From NCBI GenBank assembly GCA_050179755.1, contig JBFXEV010000001.1, positions 1,289,994-1,353,993 of the forward strand: a DNA stretch of 64,000 nucleotides, written 5' to 3'. This stretch comes from Candidatus Babeliales bacterium. Its GTDB lineage: Bacteria > Babelota > Babeliae > Babelales > JBFXEV01. The translations under genes and the position numbers were made by a program. Shown here one piece after another: positions 1 to 8,794 of this stretch. The notes below the pieces were generated by a model. That model did not search any database. It was not told where the DNA came from and saw only the letters and a program-made list of their open reading frames with translations. Numbering within the stretch: position 1 is the stretch's first letter; each line of letters starts with the position of its first letter.

Positions 1-8
1 TATCCAAA

Positions 9-506
9 GTGTTTTCCCAACTTGCAAGCAAACTTGCCTATTTAACGCTCCCCCTGATTGGGCTTATTTGGTTCATGCAATGCCAAGTATCATGCTGCAA
101 TACCCCAAACTTTGGATTTCAGCTTTTTTTTATTATTTCAATGGGCTTGCTAGTAGAATTGCTGCTGAGCCCCTATGAACGAATCTTAGAAGTATATGCG
201 CAGTATTGTGAACTTGCTTATGCGTATATTTTTTATCTGGTTTGCTTAGGCGCTCTTTTTGAAATGCTCTTGCATAATTATATTTCATTAATTCCCTTTG
301 TTATAACATTATATAGCATTCGATTGCTCTCTATGGGCATTATGGCATATGCAGTGCATCGTAAATATAGCATTGCATACCCGCTTAAAAAAATTATTAT
401 GCTATTTATATGTAGTATGATAGTAAGTTATATATTCCATCTTATAGCGCAGTATGCGTGCGGAACCGCGTTGCTTACCCTGCTAACCTCATTTTTTGCG
501 ATTTAA
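9..506 (+). CDS. Hypothetical integral membrane protein (possibly 5'-truncated by the window edge)
   Basis: 165-aa ORF with about five hydrophobic segments; frame is open to the window start. Confidence 0.55.
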   Translation: MFSQLASKLAYLTLPLIGLIWFMQCQVSCCNTPNFGFQLFFIISMGLLVELLLSPYERILEVYAQYCELAYAYIFYLVCLGALFEMLLHNYISLIPFVITLYSIRLLSMGIMAYAVHRKYSIAYPLKKIIMLFICSMIVSYIFHLIAQYACGTALLTLLTSFFAI

Positions 507-510
507 AACT

Positions 511-1386
511 ATGCTCAATATATATTACATTATTATTCTCTGTTTATGGCAAAGTTCACTTTTGGCAATGGAATCAACGCCCGCTGCTATCAGCAGAGGG
601 CACGCAAGCACACCAGACGTCTTTCCCACAACAAGATATGATGCCATTAAAGCAGAACTTGAAGCTCAACACCGCTATGAATATGAACTTGAAGACAAGC
701 TGGAACGAGGGCAGATCACGCAAGAGGAATATAATGCATATCATGAAAAGCATTTGAGAGATACGATTTCACAAATATTTCCAAAAGAACCTCACATTGA
801 TGCCGCTAATAACTGTGGCAATACACGGCTCCATTTGACAGTACGCTTTGCTAATGCGGCAACCCCGGACTCGCTTAAAGCGTGCAGAACTTTAATAAGG
901 CAAGGAGCTCACCTAAATACAAAAAACATACTTAAACAAACGCCATTATACCTTGCAGCGGTGCACAAACGATCATTAGCTATTACTACAACATTATTGT
1001 ATCCAAGCATTCAACCAACATTAGAAACCTTATTATTATGCCGAAAAAAAGGACAATTCCCCATCGACATTCGAGTATTACGCAATATTTTGGTGCATTA
1101 TATTATTTTTAATGCAATACAAACACAATTAGCAGTCTTAGAGCCATTACTTACAGAAGTTTTAGAAAGCACAACGCTCTATCGGCCTAACCCTATGGCC
1201 GGTAGAAACGTGCCCGTGATTTACAAAAAAAAAATGGGTGATTTAGTAGAAAAAAATGAAGAATTAAAAGCATTACTTGATCCAAAAAATAAAAACGTAT
1301 TAAAAGATTTAATAACAAAAAAACTGTATGCATCTATAGCCCTTACTCCAATACCAAAAGAAAAAGATGAAACCAAAATTGCTTAA
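511..1386 (+). CDS. Secreted ankyrin-repeat protein
   Basis: Signal peptide MLNIYYIIILCLWQSSLLA|MES; ankyrin motifs GNTRLHLTV and QTPLYLAA; ORF track 496..1386, likely ATG at 511. Confidence 0.75.
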   Translation: MLNIYYIIILCLWQSSLLAMESTPAAISRGHASTPDVFPTTRYDAIKAELEAQHRYEYELEDKLERGQITQEEYNAYHEKHLRDTISQIFPKEPHIDAANNCGNTRLHLTVRFANAATPDSLKACRTLIRQGAHLNTKNILKQTPLYLAAVHKRSLAITTTLLYPSIQPTLETLLLCRKKGQFPIDIRVLRNILVHYIIFNAIQTQLAVLEPLLTEVLESTTLYRPNPMAGRNVPVIYKKKMGDLVEKNEELKALLDPKNKNVLKDLITKKLYASIALTPIPKEKDETKIA

Positions 1387-2641
1387 TATTGCATTATCAC
1401 TGCTTTTTACTATTTCATTGCAAGCCATGGAAGTTATTAAGCGCCCCATATCTGAAAAATATCAAGCAGAAGCAGACAAATTAAAAGATGCCTATTTACA
1501 AGGCAAAGAAAGTATTTGGTACAAAGAAGCAAAAGCAAAAACAACACCATCTTGGTTTACAAAAGAACGCTCAGTAATATTTGCCGAACGTAATACCAAC
1601 TATGCGCTTGTTTTTTTAGGGGAAAGTATGCAGCTAGCAGATCATGCACGCATGCAATCGCTTGGCCTAAAAATGGCATGTTCCAAAAAGAGTCGCTCAA
1701 GGTTGTTGCATCAGGCAGCAGAATCTGGCTATACAGCTTTCTGCCTATTTTTACTCGATGCTCAGATATTACCAATCAATCATCGTAGAAATCATGAGAA
1801 TACGCCACTCCACCTTGCAGCTGTAAATGGGCATCTGGATACCTGCGCATTGCTTTTAGAGCACGGCGCATCAGTTAGTGTGCAAAATTGCGCGAGCCGA
1901 ACGCCTTTGCAAGAAATAGTGCTGCGGCCGAGAACCGATGAACATAGACAATGCGCTCTGTTATTGAGACAACATGGTGCACAACTTGATTTTTTTGAGA
2001 CTATATATGAACTACCAATAGATGTAGATGGTCTGCGTAAAACGAAAAGTGAAAGAAGAACAACCCTGTGTAATAAAGAATTCTCGCCAGCTAATATTTC
2101 TATGCTCAGCATGAGATTTCCCTTTTTGGCATCACTGGGTTTATCTCTTAGTGAACAGGATCTCACTGGCAGAGCCATGCTGCATCATATTGCCAAATAT
2201 ATAGCAAAAACGGTAAATCAACCGCAACAAAAGCTACCTAAAGTCCATATGCCTGACATTCTTAAAATGGTATTTGTAGAACAACAGCTCAATGAAAAAA
2301 GGCGCGCATTAACCGTTGCTGCAATGCATAAATACCGACATGACTCATTGTGGGCACGACTGCCTAGAGACGTCTTAAAAAACCATATCTTACCAGATAT
2401 CGCCCCCCTTATGTATAATGATGAAGCGGGATGCATTAAGCAATTGCTCACACGTTTAAAAGAATTACTAAGTTTAAAAGATACCCAGGGAAAATTACCT
2501 CAAGATTATGCGCCTGACAAACAAGAAATTGGCACTTTTTTTGACCCAGACAAAGTTTCTACCAAAAGGGAAGCTTTTGAGTTTTTTATCAAAGATCAGT
2601 TATTAATAATGGCAGCAAGAAAGACCCTGCTGCAGAAATAA
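1367..2641 (+). CDS. Secreted ankyrin-repeat protein with F-box-like motif
   Basis: Signal peptide ending SLQA|ME; NTPLHLAAVNGHLDTCALLLEHGA; motif LWARLPRDVLKNHILP. Confidence 0.8.
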   Translation: MKPKLLNIALSLLFTISLQAMEVIKRPISEKYQAEADKLKDAYLQGKESIWYKEAKAKTTPSWFTKERSVIFAERNTNYALVFLGESMQLADHARMQSLGLKMACSKKSRSRLLHQAAESGYTAFCLFLLDAQILPINHRRNHENTPLHLAAVNGHLDTCALLLEHGASVSVQNCASRTPLQEIVLRPRTDEHRQCALLLRQHGAQLDFFETIYELPIDVDGLRKTKSERRTTLCNKEFSPANISMLSMRFPFLASLGLSLSEQDLTGRAMLHHIAKYIAKTVNQPQQKLPKVHMPDILKMVFVEQQLNEKRRALTVAAMHKYRHDSLWARLPRDVLKNHILPDIAPLMYNDEAGCIKQLLTRLKELLSLKDTQGKLPQDYAPDKQEIGTFFDPDKVSTKREAFEFFIKDQLLIMAARKTLLQK

Positions 2642-2738
2642 AAATAGAAGGTAAATAACGACGGTATAGATAATCTCTTTAATCCAGAATGCGTTGAACT
2701 TGATGTTTACCGCGTGACAACATGAAAGGTCATCACAC

Positions 2739-3269
2739 ATGCATAAAACTACTTTACCTTTATTATTATCTCTAGCCATTTGCGGCAAACAAGGGCTCTA
2801 TGCAATGGAGCAAGCGCCTACACGCAATCAATCTTTGCCATCATGCGAACTGAGCAGATCTAGGCCTTTAAACAATGTATCTGGTCATCAAGCAGTAGAT
2901 TACCACGCATTAATTAATACCATACTTGTCGATGGTCAGTTATTGGCATGGGCACGCTCGAGCGAACCAACTGCTGCTGCAAAAATTACCGCGCTTATTG
3001 AGCATCAAGCTGATCCTAATACGCGTACACATCTTTCTGGCTATTCTGCGCTACAAACAGCTGCAATGACACCAAATATTGCAAGCGTGAAAGCGCTCGT
3101 TGTAGCTGGCGCTACCGTAGATGAGCGCGTGATAAGCTGTTTAAAAGGAGTGCGCGATGCATCTTATGCAAGCGAACGTAAAGAATCATTAAACGAGATC
3201 ATTGATTATCTTACTCAAATAAGAGATGAACAAGCGAATCAAGCACCAAAAGAGGCAAAGGAAGAATAA
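2739..3269 (+). CDS. Small secreted ankyrin-repeat protein
   Basis: Signal peptide ending GLYA|MEQ; ADPNTR..GYSALQTAA..VKALVVAGATVD. Confidence 0.7.
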   Translation: MHKTTLPLLLSLAICGKQGLYAMEQAPTRNQSLPSCELSRSRPLNNVSGHQAVDYHALINTILVDGQLLAWARSSEPTAAAKITALIEHQADPNTRTHLSGYSALQTAAMTPNIASVKALVVAGATVDERVISCLKGVRDASYASERKESLNEIIDYLTQIRDEQANQAPKEAKEE

Positions 3270-3278
3270 TTGATTATT

Positions 3279-4604
3279 ATGCCAAAAACACGAACATTAA
3301 TTTATTTACAGATTGCCACGTTAGCATTATTAACTTGCAATAATAATATATATGCCATGTTAGTAGCGCGCGCGCACAATGTAACGGTAACACATCGACT
3401 AATTCAACAACGCCCAAATGCAGAAGCTGCACCCGCTGCCCTAGCAGATGCTGGATCACAAAAAGTTCTTTGGCAACCAGAGTTTAGCGCGATAGAGCGA
3501 GGTGACCTGCCTGCCGTTAAAACTAATTTACGCGCATGGCGTTATACGCTTTTACCTTGGCATTACTATGGCCAAGCGGTAGCTGACTGTTTGTGCCATG
3601 CAGCTCGATTTTCTGCAGAAAACACAGGGCCAATCGCAGACTATTTACTCAAACGCGTAGAAACACGTTATATAACCGACCCAGAAACGCTACTGGCACA
3701 TGCAGTTGATCATAATCATACGGGAATTATTAAGTACGTTGAAAAAAAGTTTGGTGAACATTTAACAGCCCATGCACTTGATTGCGTCATTGCCACTGGC
3801 AAAGCGCCCGCTTTTCAAGCACTCTTAAGCGCTGACGTCAATCACGAATCTACGTTCATTTATAGGAATGGCCCAACCGCACTTGAGCGAGCGCTCAAAA
3901 CTTTTAATCCCCACGATACTGCAGAAACTACCTCCGGCCGACTTTTGATTCTGAACAGATTGCTTAAACTTTCTAACGCCACTGCTATTCCTGCGGGATT
4001 TGAAGCGCGCTTATGTGGGCTTCCAGAGTTTACCAAAAATAAAATAGTAGGTCTTTTACAAAAGTACCTTATTCCTGCAAGAGTGTGCATGAGTGATGAT
4101 GCACCCACGATACATGATGCTTCCGTGGGCACGGCGCTCACTGAACAAGATGGCTTAAATCAAGGCCAACCATCATTTTTCATGAGTCCATTGCATCAAG
4201 CTGCTGCTAAAAAAGATTATGCTGCATGTTTGGCAATTCTTACTGAATTTCAAGATCCAATACGGAAAGATGATATATTTCCTAGGGAGGCGTTACTTAT
4301 TACTAAAACAGCAAGTCTTAAGGAAACCAAAGTATATAACGATGCTGTGCAAACTATAGCAGCATTTACCGTTAGAATGACACAAAAATTGCTAGCAGAA
4401 TGCGCTCATTCCAAAAGAAAACGCTTGCAAGTAGATGCTCAAGGTCTTACAGCACAGGATATCGCACGATCAGCAAAAGCCCCGCAAGAACTAATTGATT
4501 TACTTGATCCCTATAAGCACGAGCCACTTCGGCAGGCTATTGGCAAAAAATTAGAAAAAATATTTACAGAAAATGGTCAAAAAATTAAATTGCAATTTAA
4601 GTAA
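3279..4604 (+). CDS. Secreted protein with degenerate ankyrin repeats; paralog of 6330..7436
   Basis: Signal peptide ending NIYA|MLV; SPLHQAAAKKDY; shares PWxYY, LLKRV and ELIxLLDP blocks with 6330..7436. Confidence 0.7.
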   Translation: MPKTRTLIYLQIATLALLTCNNNIYAMLVARAHNVTVTHRLIQQRPNAEAAPAALADAGSQKVLWQPEFSAIERGDLPAVKTNLRAWRYTLLPWHYYGQAVADCLCHAARFSAENTGPIADYLLKRVETRYITDPETLLAHAVDHNHTGIIKYVEKKFGEHLTAHALDCVIATGKAPAFQALLSADVNHESTFIYRNGPTALERALKTFNPHDTAETTSGRLLILNRLLKLSNATAIPAGFEARLCGLPEFTKNKIVGLLQKYLIPARVCMSDDAPTIHDASVGTALTEQDGLNQGQPSFFMSPLHQAAAKKDYAACLAILTEFQDPIRKDDIFPREALLITKTASLKETKVYNDAVQTIAAFTVRMTQKLLAECAHSKRKRLQVDAQGLTAQDIARSAKAPQELIDLLDPYKHEPLRQAIGKKLEKIFTENGQKIKLQFK

Positions 4605-4614
4605 TTGGGAAAAT

Positions 4615-5628
4615 ATGCATGCACTTTTAAGGTACGCTCGATTATATAGAACTTGTAGCATTACATTATTTAGTTTTATACTGGTCATGGCATATGAACT
4701 ACATGCTATGGAAAGAAACCCAAAAAGAGCAATGCTAGATGAGTATCTTGCCACAGAAAGGCATTTCAGATATTCGTTTGATACCTATACTGAAATATTA
4801 TCCGACGCAAAAGCCGGCGAATTTCTTGCAGCTCTTGATACTCAGGGCCGCCCATTACTCCACGAGGCGGCCGAGAAAGATCGAATTAACTTAGTGCTTG
4901 CATTGCTGGAAGGCGGCGCAAATGTGAATGCACGAGATGCGCAAGGTAATACAGCACTTCATTGTGCCGCAGCCCATGAAAGAAATTATGGAACAGTGCA
5001 TCAACTGATTGCTGCAGGAGCGAACGTAAACGCAACCAATACTACTGGGCAAACAGCATTGCATTACGCACAGAGTGCTACTATAGTTTCTACACTTATA
5101 GAATCTGGCGCGGATTGTCCTTTTGAGACATTTGCACAAAATAACGCACAAACACGTGTGCAAGTAACGCCGTTTCAAATGGCTCTTGAACAAAGAAATG
5201 AAAGAATCCTGATAGCTATGCTACATACAGTTTCTCCTCAAGAAGTGAATTCAATAATACCAAAGATCTTAGCGGAAAAAAATAAGCTTGATTTGAATGA
5301 AATAACTTGTATAAAATCTGCACTGAGACTCGATCCTGTATTTATAAACAATTTAGTACACAAGAGACAAGGATTATTGATGCAGCATTGCCCTTTTATG
5401 GCTCACTTAGGTTTTCTACTTTCTCTGAATGCAAGTATTGCAAGAGCTATTAACAGACAAATCGTTGAAGTGAACAATGAGAAACAAAGATTAATTACTG
5501 TTCTTGCCATACGTCACTTCTATAACGATTCAGAACTTGCATTACTACCAAGTGAATTGGTACAAAAGAACCTGTTTCCCTATTTATGCCCTCTTCTCTA
5601 TACATTAAAACAACAACCTCTCAAATAA
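4615..5628 (+). CDS. Secreted ankyrin-repeat protein with C-terminal F-box-like motif
   Basis: GANVNARDAQGNTALHCAA and GANVNATNTTGQTALH; C-terminal LALLPSELVQKNLFPYL; start uncertain (ORF track 4573). Confidence 0.8.
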   Translation: MHALLRYARLYRTCSITLFSFILVMAYELHAMERNPKRAMLDEYLATERHFRYSFDTYTEILSDAKAGEFLAALDTQGRPLLHEAAEKDRINLVLALLEGGANVNARDAQGNTALHCAAAHERNYGTVHQLIAAGANVNATNTTGQTALHYAQSATIVSTLIESGADCPFETFAQNNAQTRVQVTPFQMALEQRNERILIAMLHTVSPQEVNSIIPKILAEKNKLDLNEITCIKSALRLDPVFINNLVHKRQGLLMQHCPFMAHLGFLLSLNASIARAINRQIVEVNNEKQRLITVLAIRHFYNDSELALLPSELVQKNLFPYLCPLLYTLKQQPLK

Positions 5629-5770
5629 AAAAAAGCATTATTAATAACACAATAATAATCAAAATGTAGCATTTTTTTATTTGCGCACAATATTCAATTA
5701 GTGTATATTAAGTAAAATTAAAACAGAGTAATAACAATAATTAATTATAAATTCAAACAAAAGGATTTTT

Positions 5771-6232
5771 ATGAAATCAAAAAATGCTTACGTTAAAACA
5801 TTGTTATGTGGATTTGCTCTCTGCGCAACGAGCAATATTTTTTGCATGGTGCAATTGCCAGTTAAATTACTCGTCGCAAGAACTTTATGCTCTACAACTA
5901 TTCCTGCAGGTTCTGCAACATTGCAAAATCTAAATGAAGAATTGCAACTTTTACACTACGACTTATACAAAGTAAAAGAGCGGCTACGTGAGGTTAAGGC
6001 ATTAATTCAAGCAAAAGAAGAAAGGTACCTAGATAAATCTTCTGAGGCTACTAATGGAGAATGCTGTTCAGAAAAGAATAGAAAAAAAGATTCTAATACC
6101 GTAATTACCTATTATGATAAGCCGCAACAGCAAAAAAAACCAATACGCTGGGATTCAAGCATGGATAGACAATTGCCTGAGGAAGAATGGTCACCATGGA
6201 AAGAGGAACAAGATCGCACAAAGTTTTGGTAA
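5771..6232 (+). CDS. Secreted hypothetical protein with coiled coil
   Basis: AAGGA RBS; signal peptide ending NIFC|MVQ; heptad-rich central region. Confidence 0.65.
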   Translation: MKSKNAYVKTLLCGFALCATSNIFCMVQLPVKLLVARTLCSTTIPAGSATLQNLNEELQLLHYDLYKVKERLREVKALIQAKEERYLDKSSEATNGECCSEKNRKKDSNTVITYYDKPQQQKKPIRWDSSMDRQLPEEEWSPWKEEQDRTKFW

Positions 6233-6329
6233 ATTCTCCAACTAACGTTTGTTGATTTGTATTTTTTATATGAGCTGGTGTATATTACCTATAGTATCCA
6301 TCAGCTTTTTTAACTTTTAAGGATCAACA

Positions 6330-7436
6330 ATGTTCTATGCATTTCTTCTTCTTAGTTTAGCATCTTGCCACCACGCTCACGCAATGCTGGTCAACAGCTT
6401 GCCATCAGCGCCTGCCATGAACGGCACATGCAGTGCGTTTGAAGCGCCAGCATCTTTTGTCTTGCTTGCGCATGGTATCCCATTGAATGCAGGGTCTGGC
6501 GATCTTGCAGAAACTGATTGTGATATAACCTCATTACCGCCGGCATTAAGAAAAGTGGTGCTACAAGACAATGTGCTTAAAGCCGTTGATCGTGGTGATG
6601 CAGACCAAGTTGAAAGCCATTTTTCTCAATTAAGGCATTGGGTGCAACCATGGGATTATTATCGCCAGGGAGTTGCTATTGCATTATATCATGCTGCAAA
6701 ATTGCCACAAGAACAAACTGGTGCCGTTGTGGAATGTTTGCTCAAGAGAGTAAGCGCTACCGAAATAGAACAGCCTGCACTTTTGCTAAAAGCAGCAACA
6801 GAAAATAGACATTTTGCACTTATACAATACGTTGAAACAACGTTTCGCGGTAATCACACTGTTCAACCCGTATGCAAGGCACGCGCAGCCAACGAGAGCC
6901 TATTACACCAAGCTGCACGAGCAGGCGATTATGAAGCCTGCCTTGCTCATATAACACATTGGTCTGGACCAATAAATAAAGATCAAATAGTCCCTGTAGC
7001 CGCTGCCAAAATAATAGAAACAGCTCGTGATGAAAAATCACCAGCAGTTAAGCAAGCACGTATAAAGCTTGCACGATTTGTAGTTACACTAGGCAAACAC
7101 ATAAACACACGCTTTGCAGTAGCACGTAGCATTCGCCTTGCAAAGAATGCGCAAGGCCAAACCGCGCAACAAGTGGCAAAAGCTGCTGGCGCATCAAACG
7201 AACTTATTGCATTGCTTGACCCTCAAAACAAAGAGGTTATTCGCACAGCTATTATGATTGATATTGATAAACGTATTGAAGGTTATGTTGAACAACCTTT
7301 TGATAAACCAGTTGAAACAAAAAGCGCTGAGTCTACACTGAACGGTGACTGTGATAAGCCAGGCTTTAAGCAAGGTGATGTAATTGAGGTTAACGGCAAA
7401 ACCTATGTTGTTACAAAACACGAAAAAGTTATCTAA
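6330..7436 (+). CDS. Secreted protein with degenerate ankyrin repeats; paralog of 3279..4604
   Basis: Signal peptide ending HAHA|MLV; SLLHQAARAGDY; shared blocks with 3279..4604. Confidence 0.7.
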   Translation: MFYAFLLLSLASCHHAHAMLVNSLPSAPAMNGTCSAFEAPASFVLLAHGIPLNAGSGDLAETDCDITSLPPALRKVVLQDNVLKAVDRGDADQVESHFSQLRHWVQPWDYYRQGVAIALYHAAKLPQEQTGAVVECLLKRVSATEIEQPALLLKAATENRHFALIQYVETTFRGNHTVQPVCKARAANESLLHQAARAGDYEACLAHITHWSGPINKDQIVPVAAAKIIETARDEKSPAVKQARIKLARFVVTLGKHINTRFAVARSIRLAKNAQGQTAQQVAKAAGASNELIALLDPQNKEVIRTAIMIDIDKRIEGYVEQPFDKPVETKSAESTLNGDCDKPGFKQGDVIEVNGKTYVVTKHEKVI

Positions 7437-7454
7437 TATTTTTTATTTAAATAA

Positions 7455-7483
7455 CAGATGTAGAGTGTATAACTCTACATCTG
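7455..7483. terminator. Intrinsic terminator-like hairpin
   Basis: CAGATGTAGAGT-gtata-ACTCTACATCTG perfect 12-bp stem just after the stop at 7436. Confidence 0.6.
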
Positions 7484-7487
7484 CTTA

Positions 7488-8639
7488 ATGTGCTCGCAAA
7501 AGCTACTAAAGATATTTCTTATGCATATAAGCTTTCACGCATTGCTCACTGTAACTATGATAAGCACCTTCCCATTAAAAGCGATGGAGAAAAATGAAAT
7601 AGGCAAAATAAAAATTCCCAGTATTTTCAGTATTGCCAATACCAAGCCTGCCAAACGAGCTGAACCTGCATACACAATCCCTGCTCAGCACCAAGAAGCC
7701 TGCACGGCACTTATGGAGGCGCATACAAACAAAAAAAACAGCGTCTGTTATAAACCGGTAGCGACTATATGGAATAGTTGGAAAACAAAACTAGCAACAG
7801 CAATTGAACAGAAAGACTCACAAGCATGCGCAGAACTTCTTGCGCAAAATGGCTTAGCATATGTTGGTCAACAAGATTTATTATTTCAAACACTGCAGAA
7901 AGGCTATTACCCCCTTTGCCATGTATTACTTACTACCAGGCTGGCATCAGCACATTATGAAGACAATAGCCATAAAACACCATTATATCATGTACTTGCG
8001 CATGGCAGCGCACTGCCACCTGGCGAACTTCTTGCTCTATGCGGCCTGCTAAAGCATCATGGCGCTGCTATTGATAAACCATTAAAAGATGGTCGCTGTA
8101 TTTTTGAAAGCCTTGCCAGTAATCTTGATTTACCCATATTCTATTTTATTTTTCCTACGCTCAGAAAACTTGGCCTAAGCCCAGAAATACCTGATGATCA
8201 TGGTGTTACGACCATGCATAGGCTAGCCCGCTCTAAAAATATTAATACTAAAAGTCTTACGAATGCCGTCATTCCCTATCAAATTTATAATGAACGTAGA
8301 ACGCTGCTTACCGTGCTTTTAATACACAAATATCACCCACGTTCGGATATTGGCCGAATACCAAGAGACGTTGTGCGTGCACATATTATTCCCTATATTT
8401 GCCCTTTTGGCCGAAGACTACTTAATAGAACGGTTACTACGCAACTTGTTTTATTACGTAGACTGCTTTCTGCAAAAACCAAGCTTGGGCGCACGCCAAA
8501 AGACATTCTCGATGAAACTGGCATTATGAGACTTCATAATAGCGACTTGCTTGATCCTCAAAAAGTTGAGCAACACAGAAATTCTTTTATTGTAGCCACA
8601 AGATTATTGATGACAACATTAGATGCAGCACGCAAATAG
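7488..8639 (+). CDS. Secreted ankyrin-like protein with F-box-like motif
   Basis: Signal peptide ending PLKA|MEK (start may be 7521); KTPLYHVL; IGRIPRDVVRAHIIPYICP; paralog of 1367..2641. Confidence 0.7.
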   Translation: MCSQKLLKIFLMHISFHALLTVTMISTFPLKAMEKNEIGKIKIPSIFSIANTKPAKRAEPAYTIPAQHQEACTALMEAHTNKKNSVCYKPVATIWNSWKTKLATAIEQKDSQACAELLAQNGLAYVGQQDLLFQTLQKGYYPLCHVLLTTRLASAHYEDNSHKTPLYHVLAHGSALPPGELLALCGLLKHHGAAIDKPLKDGRCIFESLASNLDLPIFYFIFPTLRKLGLSPEIPDDHGVTTMHRLARSKNINTKSLTNAVIPYQIYNERRTLLTVLLIHKYHPRSDIGRIPRDVVRAHIIPYICPFGRRLLNRTVTTQLVLLRRLLSAKTKLGRTPKDILDETGIMRLHNSDLLDPQKVEQHRNSFIVATRLLMTTLDAARK

Positions 8640-8736
8640 CGCACCGACAGCTTTAATTACTTTTAAGCTGCTATATACTAATACCTGGTATTCATCAGCT
8701 TTTTAACAATTTTCTACTTTAAATTTACAGGACTCC

Positions 8737-8787
8737 ATGATTTACATTACGCTTCTTATTCTCACCTTAGTAACACCAACTCAATAA
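8737..8787 (+). pseudogene. Truncated signal-peptide stub MIYITLLILTLVTPTQ*
   Basis: AGGA RBS, ATG, hydrophobic 16-mer then TAA; upstream region resembles that of the gene at 6330. Confidence 0.4.
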
Positions 8788-8794
8788 TTTTTTA

